NCBI GenBank assembly: GCA_963697895.1
Contig: OY969100.1
Location: 64,001-128,000 of the forward strand
DNA: 64,000 nucleotides
Reading direction: 5' to 3'
DNA from: an uncultured Methanomicrobiales archaeon
GTDB taxonomy: Archaea > Halobacteriota > Methanomicrobia > Methanomicrobiales > Methanospirillaceae
Of this stretch, positions 1-8,977 are shown piece after piece. Position 1 is the first letter of the stretch, and the number at the start of each line of letters is the position of its first letter. A model generated the notes under the pieces. The model was not told the origin of the DNA, made no database searches, and was given only the letters and a program-made list of their open reading frames with translations. The position numbers were made by a program, and so were the translations under genes.

Positions 1-351
1 CATTGACTCCCGGCGTTCAACGGTCGAACCGGTTCCACGTGAAGATCATTTATCCGATCATTGAGTAAGAGAGCGGGGATAATATATGATAAGCAGTTCA
101 TCAAGGCGCCCGAACCATCGGCGGCTGACCTATAATCAGCGTATTTTGCAGGTTTCCATATGTATGCGGGGGTATAATTCACGAACGACACGGGGCCGGC
201 GGTGCGGTTATCATGACGATTTATAGGCGTTAATCCCCGGTTCATTTCCTATCCCGGTGTGCGTGAGAAGAAATCTTCCTCCTGTTCTTCCCTTCTCAAT
301 CCGCGTGACTATTTATACCACAACGCCAATTCCTCTCTGTAGAGGTATATC

Positions 352-1694
352 ATGCACATTTACTGGCTCTTTACCCGCGGCCTGGTCCTGATGCTCCTCG
401 CCTGCGGGCTCTTCGGGATCGCAGCCGCACAGATCGGCGGGGACACCGGGTACTTCGATATCACGTCGAACCCGTCGGGTGCGTCGGTCACCTTTGACGG
501 GTCGTACCGGGGAACGACCCCGGTCACCGTCCCGGTCCTGGTCACCGCCGATCCCTCCCACACGATCTCGCTGACCAAGTCGGGCTATCAGCCCTGGTCG
601 GATACCTACGAGGGGAACCCGGAGGCGGGAGATACGATCACGATCAACGCCGACCTGATCTTCATCCCGGTCACCCAGCCGACCACCCAGATCGGGGGCG
701 GTAAGGGGTACTATCAGATCTCCTCCTCGCCGCAGGGGGGGAACGTCTACTTTGACGGCGCGTACCAGGGGACCGCCCCGGTGACCGTCCAGGTCTCGTC
801 ATCGGGCACCCCGGGCCACACGATCCAGGTCACCCTCTCCGGGTACCAGAGCTGGTCCCAGAACTACCCGGGCAACCCGGCGGACGGCCAGACGGTGTAC
901 GTGACCGCCTACCTGACCCCGATCGCGACCTACGGGAGCATCTCGGTCTCTTCGAATCCTTCGCAGGCGACGGCTGTCCTTGACGGCAGCCAGTCCCTGC
1001 TGACCCCGGCGACCTTCAACAACGTCCTCCCCGGCACCCACACGATCATGGTGAGCAAGTCCGGGTACTCGACGTCCTCCCGGACGGTCTCGGTCTCGGC
1101 GGGAAGCAACACGCCGGTCTCGGTGACGCTCAGCCAGCTCCCCCGAACACGGGAAGTATCTACATGGTGACGAACCCCCAGGGGGCCGCGGCCTACGTGG
1201 ACGGGACGTACTACGGGATGACCCCGGCGCTTGCACCCGGCCTTTCGGCCGGCACCCACCAGGTCCGGCTCTCCCTCTCCGGTTTCCAGGACTACCTGGG
1301 GATTACCACTGTCGTGGGCGGCCAGACGACCACGGTGACGCAGACGCTCGTCGTCGCGCCGACCGGCACCCCGACCCCGACCCAGTCTCCGGGCACCGGA
1401 TCGATCGCGGTCTCCTCTGTCCCGGGCGGGGCCTCGGTCTTCCTCGATAACGCCTATGTCGGGATCAGCCCGCTCACCATCCCCTCGGTCCAGCCCGGCT
1501 CCCATGTCGTCACGATCACGCAGACCGGGTACCAGAACTACGAGATGACCGTGACGGTCCAGGGCGGCCAGACGGCCCAGGTCTCGGCAACGCTCACGCC
1601 GGTCACCTCGCCGACCCCCACCCAGGGGAGCCTGCCCGCGATCGTCGCGGTCATCGGGCTTCTCGCGGTCGCGGTGCTGGCGAGGAGAAAATAA
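352..1694 (+). CDS. PEGA-domain cell-surface protein, split by one frameshift near 1140-1150
   Basis: Signal peptide and repeated PEGA motifs (SNPSGASVTFDG..GTTP; TNPQGAAAYVDG; SVPGGASVFLDN). C-terminus is TPT linker + hydrophobic helix + RRK. ORFs 352-1170 and 1164-1694 join if one C is added to the C-run at ~1140. Confidence 0.85.
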
Positions 1695-1695
1695 C

Positions 1696-1703
1696 TTTTT
1701 TTT
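1696..1703 (+). terminator. Oligo-T archaeal terminator candidate
   Basis: T8 run immediately after the stop codon at 1694. Confidence 0.45.
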
Positions 1704-1826
1704 AACGATACCGGGGATATGTCTGCAATGAGGCTGTTCGTGTATCAGAAGTGAACAGCGGCATCATGCCTGGTTTATGGGAAATCTACTGGACTTAGTT
1801 CAATTATTTTAAAGAAGGGAGGCATT

Positions 1827-2060
1827 ATGAAAAATAAGAATACTATCAACGTATCGAAAGAGAAACGGGACGATATGGTCTCGGCAATACAGAATTATTT
1901 TTTAACGGAAAGAGAAGAAGAGATCGGTGATCTGGCTGCAGGCTTCATGTTAACATTTATCATGGAAGAACTGGCACCGGAATTTTACAATCAGGGGGTG
2001 TATGACTCGTATGTCTGTATGAGAGACATGACTGAAGATTTACTGTCGATCCAAAAATAA
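1827..2060 (+). CDS. DUF2164 family protein
   Basis: IQNYFLTEREEEIGDLAAGFML..I.EELAPEFYNQG matches my recollection of DUF2164; GGAGG RBS upstream. Confidence 0.8.
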   Translation: MKNKNTINVSKEKRDDMVSAIQNYFLTEREEEIGDLAAGFMLTFIMEELAPEFYNQGVYDSYVCMRDMTEDLLSIQK

Positions 2061-2292
2061 GTGGGTACTGCATAGTTTTCATGTTCCGATCTCAAGATCG
2101 AACCTTTTGTATCAGAGAGAAGCTTTCATCGGAACAGTCCGGTCCGATGCAACCGGGACACTCTCCTTTTCACAACGATTATGTGCGGTCACCGGGAAAT
2201 AATAAGACTATGCGGGGGGACTGTTCATATCTCCGGATATTATCCCCGGTCCGATCCGTTCCCGCGGGATGGAGATCGAATCAGGTGATACC

Positions 2293-3558
2293 ATGCAGAT
2301 TGCGGTGATTGGAACCGGGTATGTCGGAGCGGTAACCGGGGCGTGCCTGGCGGAACTCGGGCACGAGATCCTGTTCGTCGGACGGAATACGCAGAAACTC
2401 GACCTGATCCGTTCGGGAAAGAGCCCCATATTCGAACCGGGGCTGGAGCAGTTGTTAGAGAAGAACCGGCAGAGGATCAGGACAACGACGGATCTCTCCG
2501 AAGCGGTGAAGCAGTCCGAACTCACGTTCATCTGCGTGGGGACACCGTCGCAGGACGATGGATCGATCGATCTGTCGCAGGTACGGGAGGTGTCGGGGAC
2601 GATCGGGAAAAGCCTGGGCGAGGATGATACGCGCCATACGATCATTGTCAAAAGCACGGTGCTCCCCGGTACCACCGAGACGCTGGTGATCCCTGTTCTC
2701 GAGAAAGAATCCGGCAAAAAAGCGTACGTGGACTTTGGGATCGCCTCTAACCCGGAATTTTTAAAAGAGGGGACAGCGGTAGAGGATTTTTTCCATACCG
2801 ACCGGGTGGTGATCGGCGCCAACGACCAGAAGACGCGCGATGTAGTGGAAAAGGTGTACCGGCCCCTCCACGTGCCCATCTTTATCACGGCGATCCGCAC
2901 CTCGGAGATGATCAAGTACACGAGCAACGCGTTCCTCGCGACCAAGATCAGTTTTGCGAACGAGATCGGAAACCTCTGCAAGAAGATGGGGATCGACAGC
3001 TATGCGGTCTTCGCCGGGGTCGGCCTCGATACGCGGATCAGCCCGCATTTCTTCCGCTCCGGGATCGGGTTTGGCGGGTCGTGTTTCCCGAAAGACGTCC
3101 GTGCACTGATCGCCCATTCCCGGGCGCTCGGGGTGGAACCGCGGATCCTCGATGCGGTGATGGAAACGAACGAGGACCAGCCTGCCGCGATGATCGAACT
3201 CCTGAAGCGGCATATGGATCTCCCGGGAAAGACGATCGGGGTGCTCGGCCTGGCGTTCAAACCGGAGAGCGATGATATCCGGGAGAGCAGGGCGGTCCCG
3301 GTCATCGAGGCGCTCCTCGTGGAGGGGGCGGAGATCGTCGCCTACGATCCGGTCGCGATGGATAATTTCCGGCGGATCTTTCCCGGCATCCGGTATGCCG
3401 GAACCGCGGAGGAGGTCCTCCATGCGGATGCAATCCTTATCGTCACGGAGTGGAAGGAGTTTTCGTCCCTGGATTACCACGGGAAGATCGTGATCGATGG
3501 CCGGAGAATAGAAAAAGCCCAGAAGGAAGCGGCGGTGTACGAGGGGATCTGCTGGTGA
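2293..3558 (+). CDS. ugd: UDP-glucose/GDP-mannose 6-dehydrogenase family protein
   Basis: GTGYVG, ICVGTP, KSTV.PGT, NPEFLKEG, GFGGSCFPKD and LGLAFKP..DD.RES motifs. Confidence 0.93.
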   Translation: MQIAVIGTGYVGAVTGACLAELGHEILFVGRNTQKLDLIRSGKSPIFEPGLEQLLEKNRQRIRTTTDLSEAVKQSELTFICVGTPSQDDGSIDLSQVREVSGTIGKSLGEDDTRHTIIVKSTVLPGTTETLVIPVLEKESGKKAYVDFGIASNPEFLKEGTAVEDFFHTDRVVIGANDQKTRDVVEKVYRPLHVPIFITAIRTSEMIKYTSNAFLATKISFANEIGNLCKKMGIDSYAVFAGVGLDTRISPHFFRSGIGFGGSCFPKDVRALIAHSRALGVEPRILDAVMETNEDQPAAMIELLKRHMDLPGKTIGVLGLAFKPESDDIRESRAVPVIEALLVEGAEIVAYDPVAMDNFRRIFPGIRYAGTAEEVLHADAILIVTEWKEFSSLDYHGKIVIDGRRIEKAQKEAAVYEGICW

Positions 3559-3588
3559 TGAAGGTTTCCCCGAGGAGGAGGTCTGCCA

Positions 3589-3896
3589 AAATGAAGGTTC
3601 AGACGGCGGTATCCGAGGGGATGTTCCGGTGATGCGGTTTCCCCGCGGAGGGGGGTCTCTGAAATGAAGGTTCAGACGGCGGTATCCGAGGGGATGTTCC
3701 GGTGATGCGGTTTCCCCGCGGAGGGGGGTCTCTGAAATGAAGGTTCAGACGGCGGTATCCGAGGGGATGTTCCGGTGATGCGGTTTCCCCGCGGAGGGGG
3801 GTCTCTGAAATGAAGGTTCAGACGGCGGTATCCGAGGGGATGTTCCGGTGATGCGGTTTCCCCGCGGAGGGGGGTCTCTGAAATGAAGGTTCAGAC
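3589..3896 (+). repeat. 73-bp tandem repeat: 4 full copies plus a partial fifth that forms the galU start
   Basis: ATGAAGGTTCAGAC starts at 3591, 3664, 3737, 3810 and 3883; the units read as identical. Confidence 0.97.
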
Positions 3897-4755
3897 AGCG
3901 GTGATCCCGGCCGCCGGGCTCGGGACCCGGTTCCTTCCGGTGACGAAATCGATGCCGAAGGAGATGCTCCCGATCATCAGCAAACCGGTCATCCATTACG
4001 TGGTCGAGGAGGCGATACAGTCGGGGATCGAGGATATCATCATCATCACCGGCCGGGGGAAGCGGGCGATCGAGGACTATTTCGATGACGCCCCGGAGCT
4101 GGCGATGTACCTCCGGTCCCGGAAAAAGGATGAGATGCTCCGGTGCCTGGAAGATGTCTCGCAGTTCTGCGGCATCCATTACATCCGGCAGCGGGAGCCC
4201 CGGGGGCTCGGGGACGCGATCCTCTGTGCGGAACGGCACTGCGGCGGGGAACCCTTCGCGGTGCTCCTCGGCGACGACATCATGAAGGATACCACGCCGT
4301 GCATCGGGCAGATGATCCCGTACTTCGAGAGGCAGAAAGATTCGGTCATCGCGATCCAGGAGATCCCGGTCGAGAAACTGTCGCGGTACGGGATTGTGAA
4401 GGGGACGATGGTCGGGGAGAACCTCATGCAGCTGGAGGACATCGTCGAAAAACCCCGCCCCGAAGAGGCTCCTTCCCGCTGTGCCGCGATCGGGCGGTAC
4501 CTGTTCGTCCCTGAGTTGTTCGACTGCCTGAAGGATACGACACCGGGAGTCGGCGGGGAGATCCAGCTGACGGACGCGATCAAGCTGCTGATAAAACGGC
4601 ATCCGGTCTACGGGTACCTGTTCCGGGGACACCGGTTCGACACCGGCGATAAATGGGGATATATCGAGACGATCCTCCATTACGCCCGGGAGGATCCGCA
4701 GATCCGGCCGCTGCTGGAAGAATATCTGAAAAATATGTGCACAGATCTTCGTTGA
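3883..4755 (+). CDS. galU: UTP-glucose-1-phosphate uridylyltransferase
   Basis: AVIPAAGLGTRFLPVTKSMPKEMLP, RQREPRGLGDA, IVEKP, GEIQLTDA. Confidence 0.95.
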   Translation: MKVQTAVIPAAGLGTRFLPVTKSMPKEMLPIISKPVIHYVVEEAIQSGIEDIIIITGRGKRAIEDYFDDAPELAMYLRSRKKDEMLRCLEDVSQFCGIHYIRQREPRGLGDAILCAERHCGGEPFAVLLGDDIMKDTTPCIGQMIPYFERQKDSVIAIQEIPVEKLSRYGIVKGTMVGENLMQLEDIVEKPRPEEAPSRCAAIGRYLFVPELFDCLKDTTPGVGGEIQLTDAIKLLIKRHPVYGYLFRGHRFDTGDKWGYIETILHYAREDPQIRPLLEEYLKNMCTDLR

Positions 4756-4887
4756 CAGGGAAAGAGAGGGCAATCCTTCCTGGCACCATTTTCCAGAAAT
4801 CTCTCCCGGAATCCGGATACTGGCCTCTTATCCGGAAGTCGGGAAATCTGCGATATCCTGAAGAATCTCATCCGATGAGTCTTCCAG

Positions 4888-5178
4888 TCAAATCCTGCCG
4901 TATTTTTTATGGGCCTGCCCTATTGTCATGATATCATGGATCCGGACGAGATTGGCCCCGCTATCGATCGTATAAAAGGCGGTATAGCTTCTCCCGATAT
5001 GAAGCCGGTATACGGCTATCCCCTCTTTAAGCTGGAGTTTCTCTTTATCGCCACCTATACCGGGATAGGGGTTCTCCTCAAGGGTCATGAGTGCATCGTG
5101 AATTATTCGACGAGTTTTTTCCGGCAGCTCATTGATCGATTCGACCAGATGTCGTTTGATACATACACGGTATGTCAC
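4888..5178 (-). CDS. RelE/ParE-family toxin
   Basis: 96 aa with LEENPYPG..GDKEKL and YRLHIGRSYTAFYTID; 4-nt overlap with the upstream small gene. Confidence 0.8.
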   Translation of the reverse strand: MTYRVCIKRHLVESINELPEKTRRIIHDALMTLEENPYPGIGGDKEKLQLKEGIAVYRLHIGRSYTAFYTIDSGANLVRIHDIMTIGQAHKKYGRI

Positions 5179-5369
5179 ACCTTTATCTCCGACAGCGGTA
5201 CAAAATCGTTTTCATCCATCGAACGCTCGATGTCTTCCATGAGGCGATGTTTCTTTTTCTGGTCAATCATCTCGGCAAGAAGGTCGTTATAGGTCTGGCC
5301 CGCGGATCGCATCTCTGCGAGTTCCTTCCAGACCTGTTCGGTGACCGGTATTCTTTTGGGGAGATTCAT
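5175..5369 (-). CDS. Antitoxin of the RelE pair (small DNA-binding protein)
   Basis: 64 aa, KRIPVTEQVWKEL..GQTYNDLL, acidic C-terminus; coupled to the RelE gene. Confidence 0.75.
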   Translation of the reverse strand: MNLPKRIPVTEQVWKELAEMRSAGQTYNDLLAEMIDQKKKHRLMEDIERSMDENDFVPLSEIKV

Positions 5370-5494
5370 GGTACATATTGTAAACATGATACATATTTAA
5401 AACTTGTAACCAGGCACCCCTGCCGATATCCCGTTCGATGGGATAAGGTTCGGGTCGCGAAGGTGTCGACGATGCGATCGGGCGATAAAAAAAG

Positions 5495-6032
5495 TTAGCC
5501 CCCCGCGAGGGGAGCGGGGTTCGTCCCGCGGGAAGTCGCGGGTATTCGAGGTTCGTCCGGGGGTTCGTGGATTCCGGGTGCATCGAGTCCCGGACTCCCC
5601 GCAGCGTTGACACCCGGTTCGTCCTTATCCCCTGTTCGTACCGATCCACTATCAGGGATCGGTCCGGAGATCCCGTCTTCCGGATCTTCGCCTTCTTCTT
5701 CGACGATCTCTTCGATCGTTCCGGGATAAGATCCGGTACCGGTGCCATCCCCGGTGGGGTCCCCGGGCCCAGAGTTCTCTTGAGATCTCCGGGAATATCG
5801 CGATCCCCCGGAGTTCGGCGATCTCCGCTGCGCAGGAATAGAGGATCTCCTTCGGGTCGTACCGTGCATACCGGAGCCTCCGCACCCGGACGATGGTGGT
5901 TAAATGCCGGGAGGAGATGATGAAGTCGAATGCGGTATAATCCACCGCGAGCGGGATCACTTCGTACCCCCGGTCCCCGGCGGCGTGGATCGCTTCCTGG
6001 ATCGCCACCTGTGGCTGCCGCCCGCGGGTCAT
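5495..6032 (-). CDS. Hjc-like / restriction-endonuclease-fold protein (degenerate), frameshift near 5725
   Basis: MTRGRQP..EA...RGYEV..FDFIIS..TIVRVRR..ELWARGP..WHRYRIL; removing one base continues into PGTIEEI and an acidic tail ending at 5495. ATGA overlap with the upstream gene. Confidence 0.6.
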
Positions 6033-6997
6033 CCGGCCTCGCCGCGTGCGGTTCCGGGGACGGACTGCAGCTCCACCGGCGGTGTCTCCTTCCCGGTTTT
6101 CGGGACGGATTGGTAGAACGGCATCTCTGTTGATGGCTTCTCCTCTCCGGTTTTCGGGATGTTCCGCGGGAACGGTACCTCCACGGACGGCGTCTCCTCT
6201 CCGGTTTTCGGGATGTTCCGCGGGAACGGTACCTCCACGGACGGCGTCTCCTCTCCGGTTTTCGGGATGTTCCGCGGGAACGGTACCTCCACGGAAAGGG
6301 GTTCCGAACTCTCTTTTCGTCCCCATTCACGCCGGATACGCCGGATCCCGCCGGGGAGCACCTCGTAACAGTGGCACCCGTCAGGCGGGCAGAAGATCCA
6401 GGCCTCCTTCCGGACGACCGCGGGACTTCCGATATCCCTGAGGCAGGCGAGCCCGTCGCGGTACCGGAGGAAGACGGCGTGTGCATCGGGTACGGGCTGC
6501 TTCGAGCGGCGGACCATGACGAGGAGGATCTCGTCTGTCCGGACCGCGATGAGGTCCGGGGGAGACGGGTACCCCTGCCACCGGCTGACGATCCACCCGT
6601 CCTGCCTCAGGCGGTAGCACGCCTCGTACTCGCCGTCGCACCCCTTCCGGTAGCGGACACGGTCGGGCTCCGGGCCCGGGCGCCGTCCGCCAGGGAGGGC
6701 GAGGGGATCCTTATTCGGGTTCCGTACCGGATCCACCGGATCGGATACCTGGATTGAGAGGGGGTCGTGCGGTGGATTCTGCTCAGGGTCCTCCCTTCTC
6801 TCAGGACCGGATATCTGTGGGGAGAGCGGATCCTTCTCCGGGGAGAAAGTCGACTGCTCCGGGAGAATATTCTGTATTCGTTCCGGTTTCCGGTCCTGCA
6901 CAGGGAGGGGATCTGCAGAGCTCCCATTCGATGCGGGGGAGCCGGAGTCCTGGTCCGGTTTGACCAGCTCCGTTCGTTCTTCGATCTCGGTTGTCAT
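6029..6997 (-). CDS. Hjc-like PD-(D/E)xK-fold protein with disordered N-terminus and repeat tail
   Basis: YRKGCDGEYEACYRLRQDGWIVSR..PPDLIAV..ILLVMVRR aligns by eye with the archaeal Hjc N-terminus (YRKG..ERE....L...G..V.R....D..A......IEVK). Confidence 0.7.
   Translation of the reverse strand: MTTEIEERTELVKPDQDSGSPASNGSSADPLPVQDRKPERIQNILPEQSTFSPEKDPLSPQISGPERREDPEQNPPHDPLSIQVSDPVDPVRNPNKDPLALPGGRRPGPEPDRVRYRKGCDGEYEACYRLRQDGWIVSRWQGYPSPPDLIAVRTDEILLVMVRRSKQPVPDAHAVFLRYRDGLACLRDIGSPAVVRKEAWIFCPPDGCHCYEVLPGGIRRIRREWGRKESSEPLSVEVPFPRNIPKTGEETPSVEVPFPRNIPKTGEETPSVEVPFPRNIPKTGEEKPSTEMPFYQSVPKTGKETPPVELQSVPGTARGEAG
6087..6295 (-). repeat. 54-bp coding tandem repeat (18 aa SVEVPFPRNIPKTGEETP), 3 copies + 1 degenerate
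   Basis: TCCTCTCCGG starts at 6141, 6195 and 6249; a diverged copy starts near 6087. Confidence 0.95.
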
Positions 6998-7009
6998 CTC
7001 GATCACTTT

Positions 7010-7410
7010 TTTTCATTCGGTCTGTCTTCAACAACAATTCGGGAAATTGCAGAGCATTCGCTCACGGTTTCAACGATTGTGCCGGAGACAAAACCCGTGC
7101 ACGGCTCGCCGAATCAGACACGGGAGCGTTCAGGAGTTGTTGTCAGCGGGCACCCGGGGCGCCGGCCGTCATCGTTGGCGGAAAAAGAGGAGGGTACGGG
7201 GTGAAAAAATTCGAACAGGGAATGGGATCCTGTAGTGAGGCCCCATCCCCGTCTGCTGCATCGCCGGCCGGGGTCGGTACACCCCGGTCAGCAGGTCCAC
7301 CACGAGACAGGTCCGCTCGATGACGGTGACGATCGCCGTCTGAAAACGCGGCGATGGTACCACCGTTCGCACCGTCCTGACCAGTTTCGTGAGGAAATTC
7401 CGGATCATTG
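7010..7410 (-). other. Hairpin-rich leader: candidate structured RNA and/or 79-aa leader ORF (7169-7408)
   Basis: Several inverted repeats (see findings); promoter-like sequence at ~7430-7450. Confidence 0.4.
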
Positions 7411-7427
7411 CTGTGCATAAAAGTCAA

Positions 7428-7452
7428 TAATTTAAGGGATAAACCTTGCGGT
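7428..7452 (-). promoter_or_regulatory. Putative BRE/TATA promoter for the leader and Hjc-like genes
   Basis: Minus strand reads CGCAAGGTTTATCCCTTAAATTA, ~25-35 nt upstream of the ATG at 7408. Confidence 0.4.
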
Positions 7453-7709
7453 CTCACAGGGAAAAAAACGTGCAATGCGCCGGAAATTCTCGTATTGCGC
7501 GACGATCCATCGACCTTCAGGGGATCGCGCAGCGATGAGATGGGAAATCCCGGAAAGAACGGGGAAAATTAGGGGAAACAGGAAGCCTGGGCAGGAGGTG
7601 CGGCAGCGTGGAGCCCACGGGTACGGGTGCGTACCGCTGGAAACGGACTTCTCGGAAGGACGTACGGAATCCGCAAAATATATTATAATATATTCAAATA
7701 TGGTACACT

Positions 7710-7961
7710 ATGCCAAGGTCCGTTGAGCGGGAAACCACAACCATCGTCGTTCCGAGAGATTTAAAAACAGAGCTCGATCTCCTCAAGGTGCACCCACGGG
7801 AGACCTATGCAGAGATCATCAGGCGATTGATTGACTGTTCCTATGATACGGAACCTTTGAGCCCCGAGACCATTCAGGCGATCGAAGACGGTCTTGATGC
7901 GATCAAGCGGGGAGAAACCTACAGCCTCGATGAGGTGATGCGGGAGATCGGGGTGGAATGA
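7710..7961 (+). CDS. Antitoxin (archaeal small DNA-binding type)
   Basis: TTIVVP..LK.ELD.LK.HPRETYAEIIRRL...EPLS.ET..AIEDGL..IKRGETYSLDEV; ATGA overlap with RelE. Confidence 0.8.
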   Translation: MPRSVERETTTIVVPRDLKTELDLLKVHPRETYAEIIRRLIDCSYDTEPLSPETIQAIEDGLDAIKRGETYSLDEVMREIGVE

Positions 7962-8225
7962 GGTACCAGATTCGAATCCTCCCCCATGCCCGACGAGCCT
8001 CTTTCTTCTCTTCCGATCAATGCCGCTCGGAGAATCGGAGGAGCTCTCCAGGATCTTGCAGAGGAACAGGATCCTCAATCCTGCGTAAAGCGGTTACGGG
8101 GACACCCGGCCTTATTCAGTCTCAGGGTCGGGGAGTACCGGGTGATCCTCTCTATCGATCGGGGGATCCTGGTAATCTTCGTGATCGATGCCGGAGACCG
8201 GAGAACCGTATACCGAAAGCTTTGA
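7958..8225 (+). CDS. RelE/StbE-family toxin, frameshift near 8000
   Basis: MRYQIRILPHARRA then (other frame) LSSLP..AARRI..L..L...VKRLRG..LFSLRVGEYRVILSID. Confidence 0.8.
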
Positions 8226-8476
8226 TCCACTCATTTTTCATCCTGAATCAGATGATTCCCTCTGATATTTATCTAAGGATTATCCCCGGGGTGTTCCGGT
8301 TGCCGGGATCTTCGACGTATGAAGAGTGCTGAAACGAATGATGACATTTTTTTATGAATCATAGGACACCCGCGAACCCTCTCTTATTCTGCTCGCGTGA
8401 AACACATCCATGTTGCCGGGATCCGGCTGATTAACGCCCGATCCATTGATCTATCATGACGGGATCCCCTGCCCTG

Positions 8477-8977
8477 CCGGTTGGTTATGCCTCCTCGATC
8501 TGCCTCCCGGGTATTTCCTGCTATTAAGCACCTTTTTATCCGGATTATAACCCGTATTTTCGAAAAATATCCGATAAAACCGGTATTTTTCCGGTTCGTG
8601 TCCACGGGATCCCTGTTACCCGGAGAATGGGATCGTATTTCCCGGAAACGGAGTCCGGACAAGGGGTTATTCAGGTACGGGGGAGATGCATTCATTGTCC
8701 CGAAATACTCTCAGGACGGGGAAAAAACCGGCTCATATCGCCCGATCCCCTGGGGATTCCCGGCACGATCGGCTACCTGTCCGGCCGGTTGTGCCTCCCT
8801 GTTCTTCCTCCCGGGTATTTCCTGCCATTAAGCACCTTTTCATCCGGATAAAAACCGCTCTTTCCGGAGATAAAGGGATAATATTGCCTTTATTGAGTAC
8901 GGTGTTCAGGAATTCTTCCGGATGCGGAAAGTCATCCGGAATTCCGGGAAAATACGGCCGGTTCAGGGTTATTCAGG
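8477..8977. repeat. ~303-bp-period degenerate duplication with a 43-bp conserved core (8503-8545 / 8807-8849)
   Basis: CCTCCCGGGTATTTCCTGCyATTAAGCACCTTTTyATCCGGAT occurs twice (2 mismatches); GGGTTATTCAGG at 8664 and 8966. Confidence 0.85.

Noticed and set aside
3589-3896. CRISPR array
   Set aside because: The 73-bp units are identical along their whole length with no unique spacers, they derive from the flanking genes, and no cas genes are present.
6087-6295. CRISPR-like or iteron repeats (also 43449-43610)
   Set aside because: Head-to-tail 54-bp units, in frame within proteins, with no spacers.
6029-6997. The genome's genuine Hjc resolvase
   Set aside because: ExK is replaced by MVR and long disordered extensions are present; treated as a derived paralog.
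7085-7110. Group II intron domain V (minus strand GAGCCGTGCACGGG)
   Set aside because: Only the first few bases match; no GNRA-capped DV stem or DVI, and no reverse transcriptase nearby.
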